Shown here in pieces: positions 29,225 to 39,255 of a stretch of 64,000 nt of DNA. The notes under the pieces are model-generated. The model saw only the letters and a program-made list of their open reading frames with translations. It had not been told where the DNA came from and did no database searches. Position 1 is the stretch's first letter; each line of letters opens with the position of its first letter. This DNA is from an uncultured Candidatus Saccharibacteria bacterium. GTDB taxonomy: Bacteria > Patescibacteriota > UBA1384 > XYA2-FULL-43-10 > 1-14-0-10-43-13. The translations under genes were made by a program, and so were the position numbers. Location of the stretch: positions 210 to 64,209 of the forward strand of contig CAZVMH010000001.1 in the NCBI GenBank assembly GCA_964628585.1. Reading direction: 5' to 3'.

Positions 29225-29893
29225 TTATCTGGTTCTTTTTATGGCTTCATTGAGACGCCATTTTTTTATTTTGGCATGATTGCCAGAGAGCAAAATTTCT
29301 GGTACTTTCCAACCCTTATATTCGACTGGTTTTGTATAATGAGGATACTCAATTAACTTTTTGCCATCATGTTCGATAGAAAAAGATTCTTCTTCTGTTG
29401 ATTGTTCTCCGCCAAGTGCATTAGGAAGTAATCGAACAACAGAGTCGACTATTGCCATGGCAGGGATCTCTCCGCCAGAAAGCACAAAATCGCCGATTGA
29501 TATCTGTTCATCTACCATATGCTCGCGAATTCTCTCATCAAAGCCCTCGTAATGGCCACAAATTAGTATTAAATTATCATACTTTGCCAGTTTTTGTGCT
29601 TGTGCCTGATTATATCGTTTTCCTTGTGGAGTTAGAAGTACAATATGATGTATGCCTCCATCTTTCTCTACAATGCTCTGCAGTGCGCTGTCCATTACTT
29701 CTGGCTTAAGTACCATACCAGCACCGCCACCATAAGGTGTGTCATCTACGGTCTTGCGCTTATCGGTGGCAAAATCGCGTAAGTTTACCAATTTAATATT
29801 AACCACTTCTTTTGCAATAGCACGCTTAATAATGCTCTCTGAAAAGGCTCCATTAAACATCTCTGGAAAAAGTGTAATTATATTTATCTTCAT
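29225..29893 (-). CDS. trmD: tRNA (guanine-37-N1)-methyltransferase
   Basis: ITLFPE, DDTPYGGGAGM, CGHYEGFDER, SIGDFVLSGGE. Confidence 0.98.
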   Translation of the reverse strand: MKINIITLFPEMFNGAFSESIIKRAIAKEVVNIKLVNLRDFATDKRKTVDDTPYGGGAGMVLKPEVMDSALQSIVEKDGGIHHIVLLTPQGKRYNQAQAQKLAKYDNLILICGHYEGFDERIREHMVDEQISIGDFVLSGGEIPAMAIVDSVVRLLPNALGGEQSTEEESFSIEHDGKKLIEYPHYTKPVEYKGWKVPEILLSGNHAKIKKWRLNEAIKRTR

Positions 29894-30034
29894 ATTTTTA
29901 GTATACAGATTACAGTATACAGAATAAAGTTATTAAACAAGAAAACCGCCAACAATAGAGCTGCGGCGGTCTCTTTCTAATAAAATTCTAATTGTACTAT
30001 CTGTTATCTGATATCTGTCCAACTGTTTAACTGA

Positions 30035-30400
30035 CTAGGCAAGAACATCATTTGGAACATCGTCCAAGGTTTTTTCGTCTTTTTCTTTTTTCTCTACTTT
30101 TTCTTCTGTTTCCTCTTCGTTAGCCTTTGGCGCTGGCTTTTCGTATTTTTCGCTACCTTCTGGCTCAACAATTTTCAAGTTTACTCGAGCATTGTTTTTA
30201 GCACCTAGCACGCGAAGTAGAGTTCGAATTGACTTTGCAGTTTTGCCATCTTTGCCGATAACTTTACCCATGTCAGATGGATCTACGGTCAATTTAATTA
30301 GGACACCCATTTCATCGATCGTTCTTTCAGTTGATACCTTATCGGGGGTGTCAACGATTGCCTTGACTACATCTTCAACGAATTTCTGATCTTTTTCCAT
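30035..30400 (-). CDS. khpA: KH domain RNA-binding protein (KhpA/YlqC)
   Basis: DMGKVIGKDGKTAKSIRTLL; downstream of rpsP. Confidence 0.9.
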   Translation of the reverse strand: MEKDQKFVEDVVKAIVDTPDKVSTERTIDEMGVLIKLTVDPSDMGKVIGKDGKTAKSIRTLLRVLGAKNNARVNLKIVEPEGSEKYEKPAPKANEEETEEKVEKKEKDEKTLDDVPNDVLA

Positions 30401-30429
30401 ATTATCCTTTCTGCGCTACACGCAGTTAA

Positions 30430-30996
30430 TTAATCCTTTTTGTTTTTCCCGACGCTTTCAGGTCGGGACTCCGTATCCTCAACTTCGGGTTGAGGCATCG
30501 GAGCTTCATCAATATTGATTTCAGCAGGCTCTTCTGCTTCCACAACTGGTACAACATCTTCAACTAAATTGGCAGCTTCTTCTTCGGTTTTTGCCTCTTC
30601 TGCAACTTCTTCAATTTGTTCTTCTGGAGTTTCTGCTGCTTCAGGTGTTTCAGCGGTTTCTTCTGCTGGAGCTTCTTTTTTCTCTTCTTCTGGCCCAGCT
30701 TTTATGGCCTTTTTAGTTTGTTTTTTGCCAAAAACTTTTTTAATCTTATCTTTTTTAGCTAGAATTTCTAGGTCGCACATAAGATTGTGAACAGTAGCGG
30801 AAGGTTGTGCGCCTCGCTCAATCCAAAACAAAGCTCTGTCCTTAGCAATTACAACTTGCTTTGGAGTAAGAGTTGGGTTATAGTTTCCAATTATTTCAAT
30901 AAATTTTCTCTTGACCGCTCTTTTTTTGTCTGCGACAACGACACGGTAGGCAGGACTATTTTTCTTGCCGACTCGGGTTAATCTAATTACTAGCAT
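30430..30996 (-). CDS. rpsP: 30S ribosomal protein S16 with long acidic C-terminal extension
   Basis: IRLTRVGKKNSPAYRVVVAD, IGNYNP, GAQPSATV. Confidence 0.96.
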   Translation of the reverse strand: MLVIRLTRVGKKNSPAYRVVVADKKRAVKRKFIEIIGNYNPTLTPKQVVIAKDRALFWIERGAQPSATVHNLMCDLEILAKKDKIKKVFGKKQTKKAIKAGPEEEKKEAPAEETAETPEAAETPEEQIEEVAEEAKTEEEAANLVEDVVPVVEAEEPAEINIDEAPMPQPEVEDTESRPESVGKNKKD

Positions 30997-31057
30997 TTAT
31001 CTCCTAGGATCGTCTAAAACTGATATTGTGAATTATCCACCATAGAATAACAAAATT

Positions 31058-32383
31058 TTAGCTAAATGTCAATTTAGTTTTGTATCCTCTTACAAAATCT
31101 TCATAACTCATTTCATTTTTACCTTCTGGTTTGACACTTGTGATAACAAAATTATTTTCTTCGTCCATATATCCAGCCAGAATTTGTACTCTTTTACTAT
31201 TTACTGTGGTAAATACTTTTGGCCAAACCGAAAATGCTCGAATTTTACGCTCAACAGTCTCACTTAGGGTTTCCTTCGTTACTTCTGCATCGGTATTTTT
31301 TATTAATTTTGTATAAGTTGCTTTACTCTCGTCTTGTTCAATTGGTTTTAAATCACCTGCTAAATAGTAGGGGATTGAGTTCAAAAGCAAAACGGCACCA
31401 ATCTCGGACATTAACTCTTTTAATGTATCATAAGTTTCTGACGGAGAAATTTCTGTGATGGTTTGTGAGATAATTGGACCAGCATCCATTTTTTGAGATG
31501 TTAGAATAAGTGAAACGCCAGCTTCTTTGTCTCCAGAAAGAATTGTTTGCTGAATGGGAGAAGGACCACGATATTTCGGCAGAAGGGAAGGATGAATATT
31601 TATAACTCCATATTTTGGGATGTCTAATACTTCTTGTGAAACAATTTGTCCGAAATCTGCCATTATCCCAAGTTCAGGCTTATTTTTTTTGATTTCAGCG
31701 ATTATCTTTGGATCATTGATAGACTTTGTTTTTATGAGAGGTAGTTTTAACTTATTGGCAATAGTCTCAATTGGGTTGGTGGTGCCAATATTGTTTCTTC
31801 GCTGAATAGCTTCATCTGCGCCAGAAATAACCGATACAACTTTGTATTGAGAATCGTGGGCCAAAAGCTCAAGAGATTTCGCTCCTAAGTCACCAGTGCC
31901 AATAAACATTACTGAAGTTTCCTGAATATGATCAATAAGGAGTGTAGCATTCAAATGATCATTTTCATGTTGAAGAACTCTAGAATAAAGGCCATCAGCT
32001 TCAATTTTTATTGGCTTACCATATCGGTCTTGGCCAGAAATAATTACGGTTTTAGGTCTTTTAGTTAAAATCTCCATGCCAGGAAATGAAAGGCAACCCT
32101 CAACCATATTTACCTCTTCTTTGCCCAATTCAATGATTTCAGGATTAACAAGAACGGTTAAAGGAAAAGCCATAGATTTGTCATCTTCTTCGCCCTCATA
32201 TTCACAAATAAACATTTTGTGCGACAAACCGACTTGAGGAGCGGCTAAACCGACTCCATTATTCTTGCGCATTGTTTCAATCATATTATCAATCAGAAAT
32301 TGGAATTCATGACCAAAATCATCAACCTTTTCAGTTGGTTCCCTTAGAACTGGATCTTTAGTTTTGCGTATCTTCAATATCAT
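31058..32383 (-). CDS. def-fmt: Fused peptide deformylase / methionyl-tRNA formyltransferase
   Basis: Def motifs GVGLAAPQVG, EGCLS, QHENDHL; Fmt motifs FIGTG, INIHPSLLPKYRGPSPI, MDAGPI, RKIRAF; one continuous ORF. Confidence 0.93.
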   Translation of the reverse strand: MILKIRKTKDPVLREPTEKVDDFGHEFQFLIDNMIETMRKNNGVGLAAPQVGLSHKMFICEYEGEEDDKSMAFPLTVLVNPEIIELGKEEVNMVEGCLSFPGMEILTKRPKTVIISGQDRYGKPIKIEADGLYSRVLQHENDHLNATLLIDHIQETSVMFIGTGDLGAKSLELLAHDSQYKVVSVISGADEAIQRRNNIGTTNPIETIANKLKLPLIKTKSINDPKIIAEIKKNKPELGIMADFGQIVSQEVLDIPKYGVINIHPSLLPKYRGPSPIQQTILSGDKEAGVSLILTSQKMDAGPIISQTITEISPSETYDTLKELMSEIGAVLLLNSIPYYLAGDLKPIEQDESKATYTKLIKNTDAEVTKETLSETVERKIRAFSVWPKVFTTVNSKRVQILAGYMDEENNFVITSVKPEGKNEMSYEDFVRGYKTKLTFS

Positions 32384-32427
32384 ATTATTTTTGTATAATT
32401 ACCTGACTACTTACTATACATTCTATT

Positions 32428-34395
32428 TTACAGTAAATCAACAGGTTCTGCATCCCATATGAGGTAGGGATTTGATTTGAAGATAGAATATATTTTTTCG
32501 TTGGGCCATTTTTTAGTCTTAATAATTAGATGATATCTAAATCTGTTATGAAGTTTTGAGAAGAAACATTTTCCCGGACCAATATATTTTATGCCACTTT
32601 CTTTTAACTTTTCTGCAATGCTATAAATTTCTTTTTTAGCTCGTTTCACGTTTTCATCTTCCGAAACTACCCTTATTAAATGACAAAAAGGTGGGTAGTT
32701 CAATTCCTCTCTGTTTATGATCTCGCCCCTATAAAAAGCATCAAAATTATGTTGTGATGCCAGCATAATTGCTTTTGATTCTGGCCAGTAAGTCTGGATA
32801 ATTGTTTGTCCAACATTATGTTTTCTACCGCTTCGGCCGGAAACCTGCGTGATTATCTGAAAAGTTTTTTCCATTGCTCGGAAATGTGGCATATGCATTC
32901 CGACATCAGCCGAAATGATTCCGACCATATCAATATTTTCTAGATCCAATCCCTTTGCCAGAATTTGAGTGCCAATCAAAATATCAACTTTCCCATTTTT
33001 TAAGTCGGAGTGAAGTTTGGCCAAATCGCTCTTATTTTGAATTGATTTGCCCTCAATTACTCGGACTCTTGCTTTTGTAAATAATTTTTTAATCTCAGAC
33101 TCAATTTTTTCTACACCTGCTCCGAAAAATTTAATTTTAGAACTTTGACATTCGGGGCAGACAGAGGGAATTGAGGCAGTATAATCGCAATGGTGGCAGG
33201 AAAGTCCGTTATATTTCTCATTCAAATGATAAACCAGGGGAATATCACATTTTGGACAAAGAACAACAAATCCACAGTCTCGGCAAGAAACGAAGGTAGA
33301 CATTCCTCGTCGATTAAGGAAAAGAATTATCTGTTTCTTGTTTTTCAACACAGAAGAAATTGCACTTTGCATCTTTATTGAAATAGGGGAATAATTTTCT
33401 TTTTTAATCTCTTCTCTTAGATCAATTACTTCAGCAGGTGGCAAAATCAACTTGTGGTATCGGCTATTTAATATGAAAAGATCATACAAATTACTTTTGG
33501 CCTTGAAGTAGTTCTCAATTCTAGGAGTAGCTGTCCCAAGCAGCAAGTATGCTCCAGTTTTTTTAGCAATTTCTTCTGCCAGAGTAACGGCATGATAGCG
33601 AGGGGATTTTTCCTGTTTATATGCGTCTTCCTGTTCTTCATCTATAATTATTAGTCCTAAGTTATTACTCGGAACAAGAAGTGCTGACCGGGGACCAATT
33701 AGAATCTGTTTTTTATTACTGTAAAATTGAGAATAAGCCAAAAATTTATCTTTTTCAGTAAGATGGGAGTGGGCGAAGGCCACTTGATCAGGAAATAGTT
33801 CTTCAAACTTTCCCACAATCTGCGGGGTCAACATAATTTCTGGAACCAATATGATCGCTTGTTTCCCATTCTTTAAACATTCTTCGACCAATTTCAGGTA
33901 TATTTCTGTTTTCCCTGAACCAGTTACACCGAAAAGTAGGGCTGGTTTACGGTCTTTTTTCCCAAGATTGCTAATTAAAGATCTGAGGATTTTTTCCTGT
34001 TCATCGGAAAGTTTGATCATTAGCTTAGGAGTTTCAATCTCTTCCCTTGTTTTATCGGCTTCAACAATTCCTCTTTTTCTGTCTGGTGGCAAAAAAAGAG
34101 CAACCGCTTCTCCGAGAGAGCAAAGAAAATATTTTGAAACCCACTCTGCAATATCAATATAATTTTTCGGTATTGTTATGCTAGAGACGTCTAATATTTC
34201 TTTTAGTTTATATCCTAAGTTTTCGCCATCGCTGTTATTTTTTATATTGGAAATAACACCTCGAATAGTCTTCTTGCCGAATGGAATATGGCAAATTGAA
34301 CCAACCTTAATGTCACCGTCTAAATTATCAGGTACTATATAAGAATAAACATCTTTGTCAAAAGCTTTTTTCTCTGGAATTATTTGTGCAATCAT
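32428..34395 (-). CDS. priA: Primosomal protein N'
   Basis: GVTGSGKTE, IIDEEQ, FLNRRG, four CxxC pairs, QVSGRSGR, YPPF. Confidence 0.96.
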   Translation of the reverse strand: MIAQIIPEKKAFDKDVYSYIVPDNLDGDIKVGSICHIPFGKKTIRGVISNIKNNSDGENLGYKLKEILDVSSITIPKNYIDIAEWVSKYFLCSLGEAVALFLPPDRKRGIVEADKTREEIETPKLMIKLSDEQEKILRSLISNLGKKDRKPALLFGVTGSGKTEIYLKLVEECLKNGKQAIILVPEIMLTPQIVGKFEELFPDQVAFAHSHLTEKDKFLAYSQFYSNKKQILIGPRSALLVPSNNLGLIIIDEEQEDAYKQEKSPRYHAVTLAEEIAKKTGAYLLLGTATPRIENYFKAKSNLYDLFILNSRYHKLILPPAEVIDLREEIKKENYSPISIKMQSAISSVLKNKKQIILFLNRRGMSTFVSCRDCGFVVLCPKCDIPLVYHLNEKYNGLSCHHCDYTASIPSVCPECQSSKIKFFGAGVEKIESEIKKLFTKARVRVIEGKSIQNKSDLAKLHSDLKNGKVDILIGTQILAKGLDLENIDMVGIISADVGMHMPHFRAMEKTFQIITQVSGRSGRKHNVGQTIIQTYWPESKAIMLASQHNFDAFYRGEIINREELNYPPFCHLIRVVSEDENVKRAKKEIYSIAEKLKESGIKYIGPGKCFFSKLHNRFRYHLIIKTKKWPNEKIYSIFKSNPYLIWDAEPVDLL

Positions 34396-34474
34396 AATTT
34401 TAGTATACATAATAGAATGCCCAGAGCAACAGATGGTTGCGAGAAGAGACAAATTGTGTTACTATAATGCAATC

Positions 34475-35788
34475 ATGACAAGTTATCCAAATGTAGTAGT
34501 TTTAGGTCGGCCGAATGTAGGCAAATCGACTCTTTTCAACCGATTAATCGGGAAAAAAGAGGCCATAGAGTCTCCAATTGCCGGCACCACTCGAGATCGC
34601 CTTTATGGTGAGGTTGTTTGGCATGGTAAAATTTTTAATCTTATAGACATTGCTGGCGTTGATTATAATGGTAAAGAAGAAATTGATCTAAATATGCAGG
34701 CGTCGGTTAACGTTGCTATCGAACAGGCCGACCTTATTCTTTTTATTGTTGATTGGAATGAGAAGAATAACGAACATGACAAGCTGATTGCTCGCTCACT
34801 TCGCAAAACAACAAAACCAGTTATTTTGGCTATAAACAAAGCCGATAATATGGAAAGAATCCAAGATTCAGAAGAGTTTAATAGACTTGGAAATTTCAGC
34901 TCAGTCGCTGTTTCCGGAATTTCTGGCATCGGCACAGGAGATCTGCTCGATGAAATCATAAAGAAACTTCCCAAAGCCAAAATTGTAGAAGAAAAAAAGA
35001 CAGAAGAGATAAATTTGGCAATAATTGGCAGACCAAATGTCGGCAAATCAACTTTGCTCAATACAATCATCGGAGAAAAGCGTGCCATTGTTTCTGCTGT
35101 TCCTGGCACGACTCGCGATAGAGTTTCTGTTAAGTTCATGCACAAAGGCATGACTATAAATATGGTAGATACGGCTGGTATTCGTCGTCCTGGCAAAATC
35201 AAATGGGACTCAATCGAAAAATTTTCATTATTCCGTACAGAACGAGCAATTCGCGAGAGCGATGTTGTTGTTCTAATGATTGACGGTACAGAGGGGCTTG
35301 TTTCTTCAGATGCTAACATTTTGGGCAAAGCTAAAGAGTGGGGCAAGGGCGTAGTTCTCGGTATTAATAAAATTGATCTTTGGGGAGAGCGAAAAGAGGA
35401 TAAAGTTGCCATCACTATCGCTTATTTGCAAAGAAAGCTAAACTTTATTCCTTGGGCGCCAATTGTTTTTATCTCGGCTCAAGATGATGAAAATATCTCT
35501 CCATTATTAAACCAAGTTGTTACAGCATACAAAAATAGACTAGTGATGATTCCGGAAGGGGATTTGCAGCAAATTTTTGAACAAGCTAAAAATGACAACC
35601 AACAGCTCGAAAATGTCACTTCCCTGACTCAAAAAAGAACAAAGCCACCTATATTTACAGCCACATACAAAGGCAGAAAAGAGCCTCACCAAACACAGAT
35701 GCGCTACATTAAGAACAAAATACGCGACGTTTACCCCCTAAATGGCACTCCAATTTTTATAGATCTAATATCTAAAAGAACTAAGTAA
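34475..35788 (+). CDS. der: Ribosome biogenesis GTPase Der
   Basis: Two GRPNVGKSTL/GTTRD G-domains plus a short C-terminal KH-like domain. Confidence 0.96.
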   Translation: MTSYPNVVVLGRPNVGKSTLFNRLIGKKEAIESPIAGTTRDRLYGEVVWHGKIFNLIDIAGVDYNGKEEIDLNMQASVNVAIEQADLILFIVDWNEKNNEHDKLIARSLRKTTKPVILAINKADNMERIQDSEEFNRLGNFSSVAVSGISGIGTGDLLDEIIKKLPKAKIVEEKKTEEINLAIIGRPNVGKSTLLNTIIGEKRAIVSAVPGTTRDRVSVKFMHKGMTINMVDTAGIRRPGKIKWDSIEKFSLFRTERAIRESDVVVLMIDGTEGLVSSDANILGKAKEWGKGVVLGINKIDLWGERKEDKVAITIAYLQRKLNFIPWAPIVFISAQDDENISPLLNQVVTAYKNRLVMIPEGDLQQIFEQAKNDNQQLENVTSLTQKRTKPPIFTATYKGRKEPHQTQMRYIKNKIRDVYPLNGTPIFIDLISKRTK

Positions 35789-35795
35789 AAACAAA

Positions 35796-35826
35796 GTGAC
35801 CCTGTGCCGTCAGGCAACAGGGTCAC
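35796..35826. terminator. Hairpin between der and the convergent gene
   Basis: GTGACCCTGT / ACAGGGTCAC. Confidence 0.6.
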
Positions 35827-36416
35827 GATCTTGATCGACATCTATAGACGATCAGTGCTCCCAGGATTATCTGGATCAATCCAGCGTCCAACGGGAGTCC
35901 TAGTTCGGCTGGTTTCCCCGTCCAACGGAGGAGGTTGACTGCCAATGTGAAGCAGTATGATCCTCCAAAGAGAAACCAAGGAAGAGGGTCTTGTCCTTTC
36001 GGTTTGCGCCAAGCGTCTTTGTACGTGGGTGCAATTGAAAGGTTTAGGCATGCGAGGAACATGAGATTGGCAACTGTATCGTTGTGGCTTGTCTGCCACA
36101 CGAGCGTTGTTGCTACGCATGCTCCAACCACTATCCACTCATCAGCCGTAAGCTTGGACAACCTTCCGTGTCGGGCGGCGATGAGGAATGTGGCGAAGTG
36201 CGCTATGCCAGAGCCGTAAATCTGTAGGCTCTTGACCCAATCACCAGTCATTCGGCTGTAGCTGAGAGTGATCAAAAGGGCCAGACCACACCAGATCAGC
36301 CAGGTGCTAGTGTTGACCTCCATTCTGCCCTGCAAAATCCGCTTATTGTAAAAGGCGAATATGCTAAGATAGAACACGAGGCCAGTGAAGGCAAGGATGG
36401 TAGCAAGTGTATCCAA
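35823..36416 (-). CDS. Hypothetical polytopic membrane protein (PQ-loop-like duplicated halves)
   Basis: About 6-7 TM segments; STWLIW, APTYKDAWRKP; GGAGGA SD, TTG start. Confidence 0.7.
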   Translation of the reverse strand: MDTLATILAFTGLVFYLSIFAFYNKRILQGRMEVNTSTWLIWCGLALLITLSYSRMTGDWVKSLQIYGSGIAHFATFLIAARHGRLSKLTADEWIVVGACVATTLVWQTSHNDTVANLMFLACLNLSIAPTYKDAWRKPKGQDPLPWFLFGGSYCFTLAVNLLRWTGKPAELGLPLDAGLIQIILGALIVYRCRSRS

Positions 36417-36553
36417 AGCATATTCCTCCTTCCAAGAGTCTGTGTCTATAATTATGGCACATATTTAGTCAAAAGTCAATTAATTGAGATTAAAGAAATT
36501 AAAAAAAACTCCTTTCGGAGCGAAATTGGAGCATAAAACTTTCCTATCAGATA

Positions 36554-37264
36554 CTATCTATTTGCTAGTGCTTTTCCGACTAATTTTGACAAATTCAAGC
36601 CTGGGTAAGAGATTCTTTTTTGCAAACCAAATTTTTCTGTTGGCGTAATAGTTAACCAAGCCCGACCAATAATGTTGGCCTTTGGCAAAACACCCCATTC
36701 GCGTGAGTCAGAAGAATGTTGTCTGTTGTCTCCCATTACAAAGTACTCATTGTCTCCCATTGTGGCTGAAAAACTGCCCGTCTCGGTTCCAGTAGCCAAA
36801 GTAAGTGCTCCTGCAGATAGATAGGCTTCATCCAAATTAATACCGTCTGGATTGTTACTATTGATAATAGTGACGGTGTTGTCTTTAATCTTAACGGTTT
36901 CACCAGGAAGGCCAATAATGCGTTTAATATATGAAACATTTGGATTTTTAGGATAACGAAAAATAGTAACATCTCCTCTCTTTGGTTCACCAGTTGTATA
37001 GGAAATTTTTTCTGCCAATAAGTATTCATTATTAACAAAATTAGGCATCATACTTTCGCCGTCTACAATAAAAGGTTGAACGGCAAAATATCGCAAGGCG
37101 AAAGCGATTATGAACACAACTACCCCAGTTTTAAATAAATCAAACAAAAAATAGGCAAAATCTTTAGTTGGGTTATTTTCAACTTCAAGATTGTTGAGTT
37201 GTTCGGAATTTAGGTTTTTGTCAATTTTTTCCAAGTCTTCTTCGGATGAAATTTTGCTAATCAT
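36554..37264 (-). CDS. lepB: Signal peptidase I
   Basis: GESMMPNF, YIKRIIGLPG, GDNRQHSSDSR. Confidence 0.96.
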   Translation of the reverse strand: MISKISSEEDLEKIDKNLNSEQLNNLEVENNPTKDFAYFLFDLFKTGVVVFIIAFALRYFAVQPFIVDGESMMPNFVNNEYLLAEKISYTTGEPKRGDVTIFRYPKNPNVSYIKRIIGLPGETVKIKDNTVTIINSNNPDGINLDEAYLSAGALTLATGTETGSFSATMGDNEYFVMGDNRQHSSDSREWGVLPKANIIGRAWLTITPTEKFGLQKRISYPGLNLSKLVGKALANR

Positions 37265-37340
37265 ATAACCATTATATTTTAGCTTCTTGTTACTATTCGG
37301 TCAAGTGAAAAACTATTCAATAAAATGTATAATAACAATT

Positions 37341-38108
37341 ATGCATCCCATACTATTTTCTTTCGGAAACATTACTTTTTATACCCATGGAGTAATGGCA
37401 ACTCTAGGAGTAATTTGTGGAGTAATCACAGCATATTTTTTGGCGCCAGCTAAAAGGCGAAATTATTTGGTTGATAACCTAGTTCTATCTATAATTTTTG
37501 GCTTGATTGGAGCGAGACTGATATATATTTTAGTTTACAACGGTCAGTTTTCGACGATTGGATCATATTTTTCTCTCACAGGCGGAGGATTTGTCTCTTT
37601 TGGAGGCATATTTTTTGGAGCTGGTATCCTTGCTCTGATATTAAAAAAACAAAAAGAAAATATTTTGAATTGGTTCGATTTTACCGCCCCCGCTTTCTTC
37701 CTTGGTTTGGGTATTGGTCGAATCGGCGAAATACTTGCTGGAGAGTATTCTGGGGTTGAAACAAGCTCAAGAATTGCTCATGGTTTTTTATCGATTTCAG
37801 TTTTTAATACGCCCTTCTTTGAGGCAATTCTTTGTTTTTTTCTTTTTATATTTGGTCTAGCACTCTATAAACAAAAAAAGTCAGAATCGGGGCATAATGT
37901 TTTAATATTATTTAGTATCTATTCAATTGTTCGATTTATTATTGACTTTGGCAGAATAGAGTCTAAAATAATACTCAATTTGTCATTGGGGCAAATTATT
38001 AGTCTTGTGATATTTATTTTTTCTGTTATTCTTTTAATAAGAGAGAAAAACAATAAGATGAAGAGAGATCCTTCGACTTCTCCAACCAAGTTGGGTCGCT
38101 CAGGATGA
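37341..38108 (+). CDS. lgt: Prolipoprotein diacylglyceryl transferase
   Basis: MHPILF, GARLIY, GGFVSFGG, GIGRIG, RFIIDFGR. Confidence 0.88.
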   Translation: MHPILFSFGNITFYTHGVMATLGVICGVITAYFLAPAKRRNYLVDNLVLSIIFGLIGARLIYILVYNGQFSTIGSYFSLTGGGFVSFGGIFFGAGILALILKKQKENILNWFDFTAPAFFLGLGIGRIGEILAGEYSGVETSSRIAHGFLSISVFNTPFFEAILCFFLFIFGLALYKQKKSESGHNVLILFSIYSIVRFIIDFGRIESKIILNLSLGQIISLVIFIFSVILLIREKNNKMKRDPSTSPTKLGRSG

Positions 38109-38109
38109 C
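38065..38109. repeat. REP-like palindromic element at the lgt 3' end
   Basis: GAGATCCTTCGAC...GTCGCTCAGGATGAC with nested ATCCT/AGGAT, CGAC/GTCG and CCAAC/GTTGG pairings. Confidence 0.55.
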
Positions 38110-38125
38110 CTCGTCAGGAGAAAAA

Positions 38126-38461
38126 ATGAAATTATCTGAAAGTTTTTTAGAAAAACAAAAAGAAGCCTTACTTAGTGAGAAGGAACGAATTGAAGCAAAG
38201 GCAGTCAAATTAAAAAAATATCCTAAATATGGCGATGATGAAGAGGATAATTTACAGGAAATGGCCGATTATGAGAGTAATCTGACTTTAGATGAGCAAC
38301 TGGAATATCTTCTTGCAAAGATCAAGAAAGCACTCAAAGCAATTGATGATGGAACGTATGGCCAGTGTTCACTTTGCAAAAAAAACATTGAAAATGGTAG
38401 ATTGGAAATTATGCCATATGCCGATGTTTGTGTTACCTGCAAATCAAAAAAATCTAAATAG
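38126..38461 (+). CDS. TraR/DksA C4-type zinc-finger protein
   Basis: ALKAIDDGTYGQCSLC..RLEIMPYADVCVTC; AGGAG SD. Confidence 0.9.
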   Translation: MKLSESFLEKQKEALLSEKERIEAKAVKLKKYPKYGDDEEDNLQEMADYESNLTLDEQLEYLLAKIKKALKAIDDGTYGQCSLCKKNIENGRLEIMPYADVCVTCKSKKSK

Positions 38462-38466
38462 TATTT

Positions 38467-38868
38467 ATGGAATCAAAGACTATAAAAAAAAGCAGATACA
38501 TTTTTGGATCTGTTTTTTTGACGATAGCTTTGCTTGCGATTGATCGAATATTCTTAACTACTGCGACAATAAATGATAAATTCATTTTTGGTTTGGCTGG
38601 GGATAATATTGTGGCGATATTCATATCGGCTTTAATACTGTTATTGATATTTTTTCTAATTATCCGAAAAAATCCAAATCAATATTTTGCTTTCTCGCTG
38701 CTTTCAGCTGGAGTACTCTCAAACATCATCGAACGAATCATCTACGGAGGAGTGGTGGACTACATTAACATATTGTCTATCCCAACTTTTAACTTGGCCG
38801 ATATTCTAATCATTGCTTCGCTAGTACTGCTAATATTTTCGATTACAAATAAAAAAATCTCCCATTAG
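38467..38868 (+). CDS. lspA: Lipoprotein signal peptidase II
   Basis: GVLSNIIERI, GVVDYI, TFNLADI. Confidence 0.85.
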   Translation: MESKTIKKSRYIFGSVFLTIALLAIDRIFLTTATINDKFIFGLAGDNIVAIFISALILLLIFFLIIRKNPNQYFAFSLLSAGVLSNIIERIIYGGVVDYINILSIPTFNLADILIIASLVLLIFSITNKKISH

Positions 38869-38883
38869 ATCAGGAGATTTTTT
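38851..38883. terminator. Bidirectional terminator
   Basis: AAAAAATCTCC..GGAGATTTTTT between lspA and rplT. Confidence 0.6.
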
Positions 38884-38892
38884 AAATAATGG

Positions 38893-39234
38893 CTACTTAA
38901 TTTTTTTAACAAGTTCTTTGAATGCTTGAGGATCTTTTTCAATCATCTCTGAAAGCATTTTTCTATTAATATCAATTTTAGCATCGGATAATTTTTTAAT
39001 AAATGTCGAGTAGTTCATGTCGTATGGACGAATAGCGGCGTTAATTCGAACAATCCAAGCGGCTCGAAAAACTCTTTTCTTATTTTTTCTGTCTCGATAA
39101 GCAAACTGACCGGCTTTTAGAATGGCCTGTTTGGCAAGTTTAAAAACGGACTTTCTTCGTCCGGTATATCCTTTGGCTTTTTTCAAGACTTTTTTATGTT
39201 TGGCTCGTCGTACGACGCCTCGTTTTACTCTCAT
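38893..39234 (-). CDS. rplT: 50S ribosomal protein L20
   Basis: MRVKRG, AKGYTG, AYRDRK, WIVRINAA. Confidence 0.98.
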   Translation of the reverse strand: MRVKRGVVRRAKHKKVLKKAKGYTGRRKSVFKLAKQAILKAGQFAYRDRKNKKRVFRAAWIVRINAAIRPYDMNYSTFIKKLSDAKIDINRKMLSEMIEKDPQAFKELVKKIK

Positions 39235-39255
39235 ATGAACTCCGTTTCAGTTATC

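Noticed and set aside
34663-35415. 250-aa antisense ORF within der
   Set aside because: Shadow frame of a conserved gene; no motifs
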